Part shown: piece by piece, positions 18,384-27,870 of the stretch
Position numbering within the stretch: the first letter of the stretch is position 1
Layout: each line of letters opens with the position of its first letter
Assembly (NCBI GenBank): GCA_049322915.1
Contig: JBMOPW010000016.1
Span: 135,971-199,970 of the forward strand
Direction of reading: 5' to 3'
Origin: Candidatus Zhuqueibacterota bacterium
GTDB lineage: Bacteria; Zhuqueibacterota; Zhuqueibacteria; Thermofontimicrobiales; Thermofontimicrobiaceae
Length of the DNA stretch: 64,000 nucleotides
The notes under the pieces: generated by a model
The model's database searches: none
Seen by the model: the letters and a program-made list of their open reading frames with translations, nothing else
What the model was told of the DNA's origin: nothing
Program-made: the position numbers and the translations under genes

Positions 18384-20297
18384 ATGTATGGTTTTGCCGG
18401 ACACATGTTGCGGATCAATTTGAAAACAGGAAAAATAGATAAACAACCGCTGCCGGAACAATTTGCAAAAGAATGGCTCGGAGCGCGCGGCATGGTTGCA
18501 AAAATTTTGTACGACGAGGTGCCGCGGAATGCGGATCCATTAGGCCCTGAAAATAAATTCATCGTGGCGCCGGGCGTGCTCACTGGCACATTTGTAGCGG
18601 CCGGCTCGAAGTGCGGGTTCGGCGCGATTTCGCCGGCGACCAATGGCCATGCCGACGCCAGCGTGGGCGGCCATTTGGGTCCGGAGTTGAAATTCGCCGG
18701 CTATGACCTCATCGTATTCGATGACGTGTCCCCAAAGCCGGTCTTTTTATTCATCGAAGACGAGCGAGTCGAATTGCGCTCAGCCGAACACCTCTGGGGC
18801 AAGGGCTCCATCGATACCGAGAAGCAGTTGAAAACTGAACTGGGCGATGATTTTGAAATTGCTACCATCGGGCCGGCCGGGGAAAATGGCGTTGTCTTTG
18901 CCTGCATCACCCACGATTTCGGGCGGAACGCCGGCCGATGCGGCATTGGCGCTGTGATGGGTTCGAAGAAAATCAAAGCCATTGCCGTGAAAGGCACGCA
19001 TTCGTTCCCGGTTTACGACTTGAAATCACTGACTGCACAGACCGAAGCGATTATTCAGCGCACCAAACCACATCCGAACATGGCGCCTTGGCAGAAATAC
19101 GGCACTGCTCTGTTTGTGGGCTGGTCCAATGACCAGGCCGCCTTTCCAACGAAAAATTTCCAATCGTCCTATTTTGACAAATGGCCGACAATCGACGGGG
19201 AGAAGTTAGTCGAGGAATGTGTCGTGTCGGATAAAGCCTGCTTCGGCTGCTGGATGAATTGCGGCAAATATTCCAAGGCAAAAACCCGGCACGGCGACAT
19301 TTACATCGAAGGGCCTGAATACGAGACAATTGCCCTCATCGGCGGTAGCTGCGCCATGACCAATATCCACGATGTGACGTTTGGAAATTACCTGTGCGAC
19401 AATCTGGGCATGGACACGATCAGCGGCGGCAGCGTGGTGGCCTTTGCGATGGAATGTTATGAAAAAGGCATCATCACCAGAGATGACCTGGAAGGACATG
19501 AGATGCGCTGGGGCAGTATCGATGATTTCGAATTTTTGCTGAACAAAATTGCCAATCAGGACGGGATCGGAAGGATATTTGCCAAAGGCACTCGCGGCGC
19601 CGCGGAAATTTTGGGCAAAGATTCCATCAAATTCGCGATGCAGCAGAAGGGGATGGAGAGCAGCGGCTACGAATCGCGCTGGGCGCCTTCCATGCTTTTG
19701 TCGTTCATGACCGCCGACATCGGCGCGCATCACAACCGAAGCTGGAGCATCACCGTGGATCTGGAACTGGGCCGCGACGAAGTGAAGGGCAAGGCCCCTG
19801 TGGTGGTGTATCTGCAGCACATTCGGCCGCTGTACGACGCGCTCAGCATTTGCCGCCTGTTCTGGGGCGAACTGGACGTGATGCCAAATGAGTACGTCGA
19901 ATCCTTGAATTACGTCACCGGCTGGAATACCACCGAAGAGGCATTGATGCGTATCTCCGAGAAAATCTGGAACCTGACGCGAGCGCATTATCTCCAGCGG
20001 AATGGCGGCCCTGGCCGCAAACACGATATACCGCCAGCCCGCTACTACGAAGAACAAATACCCGATGGCCCGGCAAAGGGAAAGGTGCTGTCGCTTGAGC
20101 AGATCAATCTCATGCTCGACGAATATTACGCAGCGCGCGGCTGGGATAAAAATGGTAATCCCACAGAGGCGCTGCTCCTAGATCTGGGACTGGATTCGAT
20201 CGTGGACGATTTGAAAAAGATCGGCCAGCTCGGTGCGCCGTTGCCCAACGGGATTCCCAAAGTTCGCGGCCAGAAATTGAAGCCCAAAGCCATGTAG
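18384..20297 (+). CDS. aor: Aldehyde:ferredoxin oxidoreductase family (tungsten/molybdopterin)
   Basis: LRINL, SPAT, GPELKFAGYD, IGPAGE, AGRCGIGAVMGSKKIKAIAV, EGPEYET, DTISGG, EYYAARGWD. Confidence 0.92.
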   Translation: MYGFAGHMLRINLKTGKIDKQPLPEQFAKEWLGARGMVAKILYDEVPRNADPLGPENKFIVAPGVLTGTFVAAGSKCGFGAISPATNGHADASVGGHLGPELKFAGYDLIVFDDVSPKPVFLFIEDERVELRSAEHLWGKGSIDTEKQLKTELGDDFEIATIGPAGENGVVFACITHDFGRNAGRCGIGAVMGSKKIKAIAVKGTHSFPVYDLKSLTAQTEAIIQRTKPHPNMAPWQKYGTALFVGWSNDQAAFPTKNFQSSYFDKWPTIDGEKLVEECVVSDKACFGCWMNCGKYSKAKTRHGDIYIEGPEYETIALIGGSCAMTNIHDVTFGNYLCDNLGMDTISGGSVVAFAMECYEKGIITRDDLEGHEMRWGSIDDFEFLLNKIANQDGIGRIFAKGTRGAAEILGKDSIKFAMQQKGMESSGYESRWAPSMLLSFMTADIGAHHNRSWSITVDLELGRDEVKGKAPVVVYLQHIRPLYDALSICRLFWGELDVMPNEYVESLNYVTGWNTTEEALMRISEKIWNLTRAHYLQRNGGPGRKHDIPPARYYEEQIPDGPAKGKVLSLEQINLMLDEYYAARGWDKNGNPTEALLLDLGLDSIVDDLKKIGQLGAPLPNGIPKVRGQKLKPKAM

Positions 20298-20409
20298 GAT
20301 GTTGTCGACGCTCCTGAGAAACATGCGGAACGCCAGAGAGAGAAAGAACAGGCAATTTTACCTGATAGTAATTTGAAAGTAATATCTTCCCACCAGTGAG
20401 AAAGGCGAG

Positions 20410-20649
20410 ATGGTTATTTACCTGAAATCAGGCGGCAAACTGCGGGAAAAATTGAAACCCGATGTTGATCAGTACACCCGGCGCATCGAAATCCGGGAGG
20501 GAATGTCATTGCAGGAAATCCTTGCTGAATTTGATATTCCCAAAGAGCACATCGCGTTTGCCTTTGTGGATGGCCGATTCAAACGATTGGATTATCGTCC
20601 CGTGAACGGACAGACAATCACGCTGCAACCCCCGGTATCCGGAGGGTGA
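20410..20649 (+). CDS. MoaD/ThiS-family sulfur carrier
   Basis: 79 aa, ends PPVSGG. Confidence 0.88.
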   Translation: MVIYLKSGGKLREKLKPDVDQYTRRIEIREGMSLQEILAEFDIPKEHIAFAFVDGRFKRLDYRPVNGQTITLQPPVSGG

Positions 20650-21215
20650 GCCATTTGGATTTCGTCTCGACATTATTCATCGCATTGGCCCTGGCAATTG
20701 ACGCCTTCACTGTGGCGCTGACATGCGGCCTGATCATTGGTCGCATAACCTTTCGCCACACCTTTCGCATTGGTTTTCATTTTGGCCTGTTTCAATTTTT
20801 CATGCCGATAGTGGGTTGGCTGGCCGGTACGACTGTGCACGGATTGATTGCCTCGTTCGATCACTGGATCGCGTTTTTGCTGCTCGCCGGCATCGGCGGC
20901 AAAATGATTCGCGATGCCAATTCTATTGGCGAGACCAGGATAAAATCTGACCCTTCGAGAGGATGGAGTCTTGTGCTTTTCTCCATTGCCACCAGCATCG
21001 ATGCGCTGGCCGTGGGATTGAGCTTGGGGCTGCTCCATGTTTCCATCTTGTTTCCGGCCGTAGTCATCGGCGTGACCACCCTGCTGCTTTCCACCCTGGG
21101 AATTAACATCGGAAATCGATTGGGCAATGTCTTCAAAAAGGATGTAGAAATCGTCGGGGGCGTCATACTCATTGGAATCGGGCTGCGCATCCTGTATGAG
21201 CATCTCCTCGGCTGA
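20646..21215 (+). CDS. mntP: Manganese efflux pump MntP
   Basis: ALAIDAF, FGLFQFFMP, DHWIAF, ATSIDALAVG; GTGA overlap with moaD. Confidence 0.9.
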   Translation: MSHLDFVSTLFIALALAIDAFTVALTCGLIIGRITFRHTFRIGFHFGLFQFFMPIVGWLAGTTVHGLIASFDHWIAFLLLAGIGGKMIRDANSIGETRIKSDPSRGWSLVLFSIATSIDALAVGLSLGLLHVSILFPAVVIGVTTLLLSTLGINIGNRLGNVFKKDVEIVGGVILIGIGLRILYEHLLG

Positions 21216-21481
21216 GCATGCGCTGCGGATTTCGTGACGTTCTGAACCGAATGAATGTCAGGCCTGCTTCCGGTCTGCAAAGCCATTTCCTTCCATATAT
21301 TATCATTTCATTGTTGCGAACCAGAAAATCTCCTGAGGCGCTTCCATTGATTTCAGGAGCATTTCGCGCCCGATAGAGTGGGATGTTGGACGCAACTTCC
21401 GACCGAAAAAATTCAACCCGCGAGTGGGTCTTTCTGTTTAACCTTCTGATTTTGAAAAACTAAAACTGGCCGCTTGAATTG

Positions 21482-21497
21482 TGGCATTCATCTTGCA
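21482..21497 (+). promoter_or_regulatory. sigma54 (-24/-12) promoter
   Basis: TGGCAT-TCATC-TTGCA, 34 nt upstream of ATG 21532. Confidence 0.75.
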
Positions 21498-21531
21498 GGG
21501 AACACAGGCAAATAACCTGGAGAAGAACTCT

Positions 21532-21924
21532 ATGCGCCTGGCGATGGCTGCTTATTACAACAGGGTTGCATCACTTTTTGAGGCATCCGATCGGTTTGAA
21601 ATTGTCGATATCGAAGGGGGCGGCATTGGGGAGAGAAAATCGGTCGCCATCACCAACAATGAAGTGCTGGCGATGGTTGAACTGCTCAAGGAGCATCACG
21701 TAGGTGTGCTGATTTGCGGCGCTATCAGCGGCTGTACATTTCAAGCGGTTGAATTCAGCAGCATCAAGGTGTTTCCCTGGGTGACCGGGGAGATGGAAAA
21801 AGTCCTGAGCGCATACCTCGCCGGAACGATGGATAGCTGCCTGATGCCTGGCTGTATGGGCCGGCATGGTCGCAGAATGGGAAGGTCCGGTGGGCGCAGA
21901 GGATTCAGGAATATGATTCATTGA
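21532..21924 (+). CDS. NifB/NifX-family (FeMo-co-binding-like) protein with Gly/Arg-rich tail
   Basis: MRLAMA..NRVASLFE; VLICGAIS; MPGCMGR tail; start moved to 21532 because of RBS GGAGA and the promoter position. Confidence 0.8.
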   Translation: MRLAMAAYYNRVASLFEASDRFEIVDIEGGGIGERKSVAITNNEVLAMVELLKEHHVGVLICGAISGCTFQAVEFSSIKVFPWVTGEMEKVLSAYLAGTMDSCLMPGCMGRHGRRMGRSGGRRGFRNMIH

Positions 21925-21955
21925 TTTTATTCATGAACAAAAAAAAGGAACAGAA

Positions 21956-22321
21956 ATGAAAGTAGCAGTGACAGCAGTCGGTCCTGATTGGGACTCAAAG
22001 GTCGATCCCCGCTTCGGCAGGGCGCAATATTTTCTTTTCATCGATATCGAGACAATGAAGCTGGAGTCGTTTCAGAATACCGGGAAGGATTCCATGCATG
22101 GCGCAGGCATTCAATCCGGCCAATTGATGAGCGACAAGGGTGTGTCCGCAGTGATCACCGGACAGGTGGGCCCGAATGCATATCAAACGCTGTCTGCAAC
22201 CGGCATAAAAATCTACAAGGCCGGTGAGATCACCGTGAAAGAAGCGATTGAAAGTTACAAGAAGGGTGGGCTCTCTGAATCATCAGAAATGGGGCCGGCG
22301 CACGGCGGAATGCGAAGTTAA
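21956..22321 (+). CDS. NifB/NifX-family protein (MTH1175/orange-protein-like)
   Basis: MKVAVTA...VDPRFGRAQYF...HGAGIQ...VITGQVGPNA. Confidence 0.9.
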   Translation: MKVAVTAVGPDWDSKVDPRFGRAQYFLFIDIETMKLESFQNTGKDSMHGAGIQSGQLMSDKGVSAVITGQVGPNAYQTLSATGIKIYKAGEITVKEAIESYKKGGLSESSEMGPAHGGMRS

Positions 22322-22408
22322 ATCAACCAGTCAGAATTGAGCGCTTTTTCTGCCGGGAAGTATTGTCAATGTTACGTTAATTTTAATCACACTACGGAGG
22401 TGACTCAC

Positions 22409-22633
22409 ATGCCAGGAAGAGATGGAACCGGGCCAGGAGGCCAGGGGCCTGGAACAGGCGCTGGAGGTGGAAAAGGCGGCGGCCGCGGACGCATGGGTGG
22501 TTCGCGACCAGGCGCCGGACCTTCAGGGAATTGTGTTTGTCCTTCATGCGGCGCTGTTGTTCCCCATCAGCGCAGCGTTCCGTGCTACGAAATCGATTGC
22601 CCGAAATGTGGCTCAAAAATGGCGCGGCAATAA
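22409..22633 (+). CDS. Small Gly-rich protein with Cys-rich zinc ribbon (DUF5320-like N-terminus)
   Basis: MPGRDGTGP...CVCPSCG...PC...CPKCG; RBS GGAGGTG. Confidence 0.75.
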   Translation: MPGRDGTGPGGQGPGTGAGGGKGGGRGRMGGSRPGAGPSGNCVCPSCGAVVPHQRSVPCYEIDCPKCGSKMARQ

Positions 22634-22682
22634 AAAATAATAAACCATGATTCAATGAAAAATATGGAAGGAGGTGGTATCG

Positions 22683-23018
22683 ATGCCAGGTGGAGATAGA
22701 ACCGGTCCGTTGGGATTGGGACCGAGAACAGGGCGCGGCGCCGGCTATTGCGCCGGATCTGCGCTGCCGGGATATGCCAATCCCTGGCCTGCCGGCGGTT
22801 ACTGGGGCTTCGGACGCGGCGGTGGTCGCGGCCACAGACACATGTACTACGCGACGGGTTTGCCCTATTGGGCGCGATTCACCGGGGCTGCTTTTGCCCC
22901 GCATGAACCGGAGTCCGAGCTTCAAATCCTGAGGGAGCAGGCTGATTATTTTCAAAACATGCTCAAGAACATTCAGGACCGAATGAATGACATTGAAGCG
23001 AAACTTGAGAAAAAGTAA
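22683..23018 (+). CDS. DUF5320 family protein
   Basis: MPGGDRTGPLGLGPRTGRGAGYC...YYATGLP.W; coiled-coil C-terminus. Confidence 0.85.
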   Translation: MPGGDRTGPLGLGPRTGRGAGYCAGSALPGYANPWPAGGYWGFGRGGGRGHRHMYYATGLPYWARFTGAAFAPHEPESELQILREQADYFQNMLKNIQDRMNDIEAKLEKK

Positions 23019-23335
23019 GTTGAATTAGCTGGTCTCGAAAAATTTAGAGGTTAGGGCTAAGATAAAACGATTCGTCATTGGGCGCTGGGAATGTCCATAC
23101 ATGATGAATCCAACTCAAATCCTCCTTATTTGGTGCTTAGTCTTAACCTCTTTTTTTAAGGAAAGCATCCGTTATTAATTAACTCCTGCAGAAAATTTTA
23201 TTTTGAAAACGATAAAATTTTTCTTATCTTGGGGATTCATTTTCCTCACATGAGGCTGAATCGATTCCAATTCTAATGGGTAAGAAAACATTAAAACGGG
23301 TCGGGTTCATAATTCACGATGACAGGAGTTAATGC

Positions 23336-24295
23336 ATGAGAAGAGTTCTGGTGACAGGCGCCGGCGGGCAAATTGGCTCTGAACTGACAATTGTTTTACG
23401 GCAACGATATGGTGATGGCCACGTAGTTGCGTCCGATATCAATCCCAATGTAGACCAGGGGCTGCGCGATTCGGGTCCCTTCGAAATCTTCGATTGTCGC
23501 GATTCAAAAGAACTGGCGACGGTCGTACAAAAATATGGCATTACAGACATTTACCACCTTGCGGCGCTTCTCTCTGCAGTGGCGGAGAAGAATCCCCAGC
23601 GCGCCTGGGATGTGAATATCAATGGTCTCTACAATGTTCTGGAAGTTGCTCGCGAACATCGCTCCAGCGTTTTTACTCCCAGTTCCATTGGCGCCTTCGG
23701 GCCCACGACCCCGGTCAACGACACGCCCCAGGATACAATTCAACGGCCTCAAACCATGTACGGAATCACCAAAGTGGCCGGCGAGTTGCTATGCGATTAC
23801 TATTTCAAAAAGTATGGTGTGGATACGCGCGGCGTGCGCTATCCCGGAATAATTTCGTACAAAACCCTGCCCGGCGGTGGCACCACGGATTACGCTGTGG
23901 AAATCTATTACGAAGCCATCAGGAAGAAACGATACACCTGTTATTTGAAGGCTGGAACCTATCTGGACATGATGTACATGCCGGACGCAATCAGAGCCGC
24001 AATCGATTTGATGGAAGCCGATCCGGCGAAACTCGTTCACCGAAATGCATTCAACGTATCAGCCATGAGCATTGCGCCGGAAGACATCGCTGCCGCCATT
24101 CAGCGCACCATCCCGGAATTCACCATCGATTTTCACATCGATCCAATTCGCCAGGCCATTGCAGATTCGTGGCCGAACACTATGGATGATAGCGTCGCGC
24201 GGCATGAATGGGGCTGGAAGCCAGACTTTGATTTGGAATCGATGACAGAGGAAATGCTCGTGAATCTGGCGCAGAAAATTCAACCTGCGGAATGA
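23336..24295 (+). CDS. tdh: SDR-type L-threonine 3-dehydrogenase
   Basis: TGAGGQIGSEL, HLAALLSA, PSSIGAFG, YGITK, PGGGTTDYAVEIY, RQAIADSWP. Confidence 0.85.
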   Translation: MRRVLVTGAGGQIGSELTIVLRQRYGDGHVVASDINPNVDQGLRDSGPFEIFDCRDSKELATVVQKYGITDIYHLAALLSAVAEKNPQRAWDVNINGLYNVLEVAREHRSSVFTPSSIGAFGPTTPVNDTPQDTIQRPQTMYGITKVAGELLCDYYFKKYGVDTRGVRYPGIISYKTLPGGGTTDYAVEIYYEAIRKKRYTCYLKAGTYLDMMYMPDAIRAAIDLMEADPAKLVHRNAFNVSAMSIAPEDIAAAIQRTIPEFTIDFHIDPIRQAIADSWPNTMDDSVARHEWGWKPDFDLESMTEEMLVNLAQKIQPAE

Positions 24296-24330
24296 TTCAA
24301 CATGCGTAATGGAGAAGTGAAAAGGAAAGT

Positions 24331-25200
24331 ATGGCGATAGATCGGATTGAAGCGACTTATGCGTGCGTGACCTGCGCGATTGGAAGTCTGGTGACATTGT
24401 TCGAAAAAGGCCTTGTCCCTGAGGCGAAGAAGGACTTGACCATGCGGGCGGTGCTGAAGTATTTCAGCGATTTGGAGTACAAACAATCTCCGCCGCGCAT
24501 TGGCAAAGAAATGCATCGCGTCATTCGGGAAGTCATTGGCAATGATGACCCATACAAAGAGGTGAAAGCCCATTTCAATCAATTTCTCCTGGATCAATTG
24601 CCGGAATTGAAACAAAGAGTGATCGCTGCGGACGATCCCTTTCAATTAGCGCTGCGGCTGGCCATTGCTGGCAACATCATCGATTTCGGGCCCAACGAAA
24701 AGTTTGATATCGATGCTACAATGGAAAAGGCGAAATCCGTTTCCCCGGCCATTGATGACTCCGAGGGACTGCGGCGCGCAATTTCCGGGGCAACGTCGAT
24801 TCTGTACCTCGGCGACAATGCCGGCGAAATTGTGATGGATCGGCTCTTTTTAGAAACGATCCGGCATCCGAATGTCTATTTTGCCGTGCGGCATTCGCCG
24901 ATCATCAATGATGTCACGTTTGAGGACGCGCGGATGGTGGGAATTGACCGCATGGCCACGGTGATTTCCAACGGAGACAATGCTCCGGGGACGATTCTGG
25001 AAAATACATCTGCAGAATTTCAGGAGTTGTTCAATGGCGTCGATCTGATCATTTCCAAAGGCCAGGGCAATTTCGAGGGCCTGAGCGTATGTCAGAGAAA
25101 TATCTATTTTTTATTGATGGTGAAATGCGACCATGTGGGTTCCTTTCTGAAGGTGAAGAAGGGCGATTTTGTAGTGAAAAAGGGGAATGCTGTTAAGTGA
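24331..25200 (+). CDS. DUF89/ARMT1-like damage-control phosphatase
   Basis: N-terminal CVTC, DPY, AIAGNIIDFG, DNAGEIVMD, PIINDVT, ISKGQGNFEGL, LMVKC. Confidence 0.88.
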   Translation: MAIDRIEATYACVTCAIGSLVTLFEKGLVPEAKKDLTMRAVLKYFSDLEYKQSPPRIGKEMHRVIREVIGNDDPYKEVKAHFNQFLLDQLPELKQRVIAADDPFQLALRLAIAGNIIDFGPNEKFDIDATMEKAKSVSPAIDDSEGLRRAISGATSILYLGDNAGEIVMDRLFLETIRHPNVYFAVRHSPIINDVTFEDARMVGIDRMATVISNGDNAPGTILENTSAEFQELFNGVDLIISKGQGNFEGLSVCQRNIYFLLMVKCDHVGSFLKVKKGDFVVKKGNAVK

Positions 25201-25412
25201 TTTTTTATTTTTCATAAATTAAGCGGTCAGCCTACAGCGATCCGCGCTCGGCTAAAGAAATAACACTGCGTTAAATACATGCAGTTAATTCAATTAAAAA
25301 ATGAAAAAGTTTGCCAGGCTTATCTGATTGATTTTTTTAAGAGCTGAAAGCTGACAGCGAAGCGCTCAATTTTGGTTTTTATAATGCACACGTACCATCG
25401 AGGAATAAATAA

Positions 25413-25610
25413 ATGCCTACTTATGATTTTAAATGCAGTCACTGCGGTTATTCGTTTGAGGTGTTTCGGAGCATCACAGATGAATCGGAAGTGAAATGCC
25501 CGCAGTGTGGGGAGTAGGTCGACCTGGTCATTGGTAAAGGATCTGGTATTATTTTTAAAGGGAATGGCTTTTATACAACGGATTATAAAAAGAAAAACAG
25601 CATCTCATGA
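25413..25610 (+). pseudogene. FmdB-family zinc-ribbon protein interrupted by an in-frame TAG at codon 35
   Basis: MPTYDFKCSHCGYSFEVFRSITDESEVKCPQCGE*VDLVIGKGSGIIFKGNGFYTTDYKKKNSIS; TAG at 25515-25517; absent from the ORF track. Confidence 0.8.
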
Positions 25611-26083
25611 AATCATCGAGCCAGAAGAAAATTGAAAATATAAAGACGTGGATTCGGTTAGGATTTTCCCTGCCGAACCACGCTGAGATAAAAGTACGGG
25701 AAAGCGACGGGGCAGCAGTCGCGGATCGCAAGACAATCATCGAAATCCTGTTGGATCATGGCGATCCCAGGCAATTTGAAATTGATGTCCCCCTTGAAAG
25801 TGTGTCGCGCCGGCATGTTTACAAATTGATCGAGCAGGAAGTGGAAACCAGGGGAGAAAAACGATCCGTGATGGGCAAGGTCATTCGCTTCTTTGCCTGG
25901 TGGTTCGGATTTTCGAGCCTGTACGCCACGTTTGCGGTTTGTCCATTTTGTGGGCAACTCGGCTGCCCGGTCGGCATGGGCAGCGCCGGATTTGTTGGGG
26001 GATTTTTCGCATTGCTCATGCAGGACTGGAAAAACATGATTGGTTATCTGCGGACGCGATTTTCGCGCGTCAGCAAAGCCTGA
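25607..26083 (+). CDS. Hypothetical membrane protein with a CPFCGxxGCPVG motif
   Basis: ATGA overlap with the upstream ORF; two hydrophobic segments flanking the Cys cluster. Confidence 0.65.
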   Translation: MKSSSQKKIENIKTWIRLGFSLPNHAEIKVRESDGAAVADRKTIIEILLDHGDPRQFEIDVPLESVSRRHVYKLIEQEVETRGEKRSVMGKVIRFFAWWFGFSSLYATFAVCPFCGQLGCPVGMGSAGFVGGFFALLMQDWKNMIGYLRTRFSRVSKA

Positions 26084-26158
26084 AAGCTGAACCAGCTAAC
26101 TTGGGTCGTTACAAAAAAATTCTGGTATAATTTTGATAAAAGGAAATTGGAGGAAATT

Positions 26159-27025
26159 ATGAATCAACATGGTGGACAATCGGCTAATGATCGATTATTG
26201 CAGCAGCAAATTCAGGATCAGGCTATCAAAGATAACATGGCCCGGATTAAACATAAAATTGTCGTAATGAGTGGAAAGGGCGGCGTCGGGAAGAGCACGG
26301 TTTCGACCAATCTGGCATTTGGTCTTTCAAAAGAAGGGCGGAAAGTTGGATTGCTGGACACGGACATTCACGGCCCGTCATTGGGAAAAATGTTGGGCAT
26401 TGAGGGGCAATTTTTGAAACCGTCCGAAAAAGGAATGGGACTGCTGCCGGTGGAAGTGGCGAATATCAAAGTGGTTACCATGGCATCGCTGTTGCAGGAT
26501 GCGGATGCGCCGGTCATTTGGCGCGGTCCTCTGAAAATGGGCGCCATCAAGCAGTTTCTGGGTGAGATTGAATGGGGCGATCTGGATTATCTCATCATCG
26601 ATTCGCCGCCGGGAACCGGGGACGAGCCGCTGAGTGTGTGCCAACTCATTCCCGAAGCGGCAGGTTCCATCATCGTGACCACGCCCCAGGACGTAGCGCT
26701 GATCGATTCCCGCAAGACGGTGAAATTTTCCCAGGCGTTGAAAATTCCTGTGCTGGGCATTATTGAAAATATGAGCGGTTTAAAATGCCCGCATTGCGGT
26801 AAAGCGATCAACCTGTTCAAAATTGGCGGTGGTGAGAAAGCGGCCGCCAATATGGGGATGGACTTTCTGGGAAGGATCCCCATTGAACCGGACATTGTGA
26901 TTGCCAGCGATGAGGGTCGGGCTTATATCAATGAAAATGGAAATCAGGAAGCGGCTCAAAGCATGCAGGCTATCGTTCAAAAAGTGATGCGGAAGGTTGA
27001 AAAAGCAAACCATAGCGGGAGTTAA
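26159..27025 (+). CDS. mrp: Mrp/ApbC/NBP35 Fe-S carrier ATPase
   Basis: [42 protein letters not shown]; start at ATG 26159 after GGAGG. Confidence 0.92.
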   Translation: MNQHGGQSANDRLLQQQIQDQAIKDNMARIKHKIVVMSGKGGVGKSTVSTNLAFGLSKEGRKVGLLDTDIHGPSLGKMLGIEGQFLKPSEKGMGLLPVEVANIKVVTMASLLQDADAPVIWRGPLKMGAIKQFLGEIEWGDLDYLIIDSPPGTGDEPLSVCQLIPEAAGSIIVTTPQDVALIDSRKTVKFSQALKIPVLGIIENMSGLKCPHCGKAINLFKIGGGEKAAANMGMDFLGRIPIEPDIVIASDEGRAYINENGNQEAAQSMQAIVQKVMRKVEKANHSGS

Positions 27026-27030
27026 ACTGC

Positions 27031-27870
27031 ATGAAAATCTCTGTAGCCAGTGGCAAAGGCGGCACCGGCAAAACAACCATCGCGGTGAATCTTGCGCTGT
27101 CCATTGGCAATAATGTCCAGGTCATCGATTGCGATGTGGAAGAGCCCAATGCGCATATTTTTTTGAAGCCCGTGATAGATAAAGTTGAATCGGTTGGGGT
27201 GCCCATCCCTGAAGTGGACAAATCCCGATGCACATTCTGCGGCAAATGCAAAGAAGTGTGTCAGTACAATGCGCTGTTCGTGATTAAAGACAATATCCTG
27301 GTTTTCCCTGAATTGTGCCACTCGTGCGCCGGCTGCTGGCTGATTTGTCCGCAGCAGTGCATTTCACAGACTGAAAAAGTCATCGGGGAGATCGAACAGG
27401 GCAGATCGGATCATATCGACTTCATCCACGGTCGCCTTCAGATTGGGGGCGTGCTGGTACCTCCATTGATTCGCGCGGTGAAAAAACGGATGGATCCCCA
27501 AAAAACCGTGATCATCGATGCGCCGCCGGGCACTTCCTGCCCGGTCATCGAGGCCATCAAAAAAACGGATTTCGTCATTCTTGTCACTGAGCCCACGCCG
27601 TTCGGACTTCATGATTTGAAATTAGCAGTGGAGATGGTTCGCCTGCTGCACATTCCTTTTGGCGTGGTGATCAATCGGGCGGATATTGGCAACGACGCCA
27701 TCGAAGTCTATTGCCAAGCGGAACAAATCCCGGTATTGATGCGGCTGAATCACGACCGCAACATTGCTGAGGCCTATTCTGAAGGCACGCCATTCACGCT
27801 GGTCTTTCCTGAATACAGGGAAAAATTCAGAAAACTCTATGCGGATATTCAGCGGAGGGTCGCGCCATGA
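27031..27870 (+). CDS. MinD-superfamily P-loop ATPase with inserted 2x[4Fe-4S] ferredoxin domain
   Basis: ASGKGGTGKTT, DCDVEEPN, CTFCGKC..VC, CHSCAGC..ICP, DAPPGTSCPV, TEPTPFGLHDL. Confidence 0.9.
   Translation: MKISVASGKGGTGKTTIAVNLALSIGNNVQVIDCDVEEPNAHIFLKPVIDKVESVGVPIPEVDKSRCTFCGKCKEVCQYNALFVIKDNILVFPELCHSCAGCWLICPQQCISQTEKVIGEIEQGRSDHIDFIHGRLQIGGVLVPPLIRAVKKRMDPQKTVIIDAPPGTSCPVIEAIKKTDFVILVTEPTPFGLHDLKLAVEMVRLLHIPFGVVINRADIGNDAIEVYCQAEQIPVLMRLNHDRNIAEAYSEGTPFTLVFPEYREKFRKLYADIQRRVAP

Noticed and set aside
25222..25366. GCTGAAA/GCTGACA heptamer-like inverted motifs
   Set aside because: Too degenerate to define boundaries; possibly a remnant of a dispersed repeat.
25515..25517. Genome-wide TAG reassignment, or selenocysteine recoding elsewhere
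   Set aside because: TAG and TGA end several conserved genes at their expected C-termini; no pyl or sel genes and no in-frame TGA in a conserved frame were seen.
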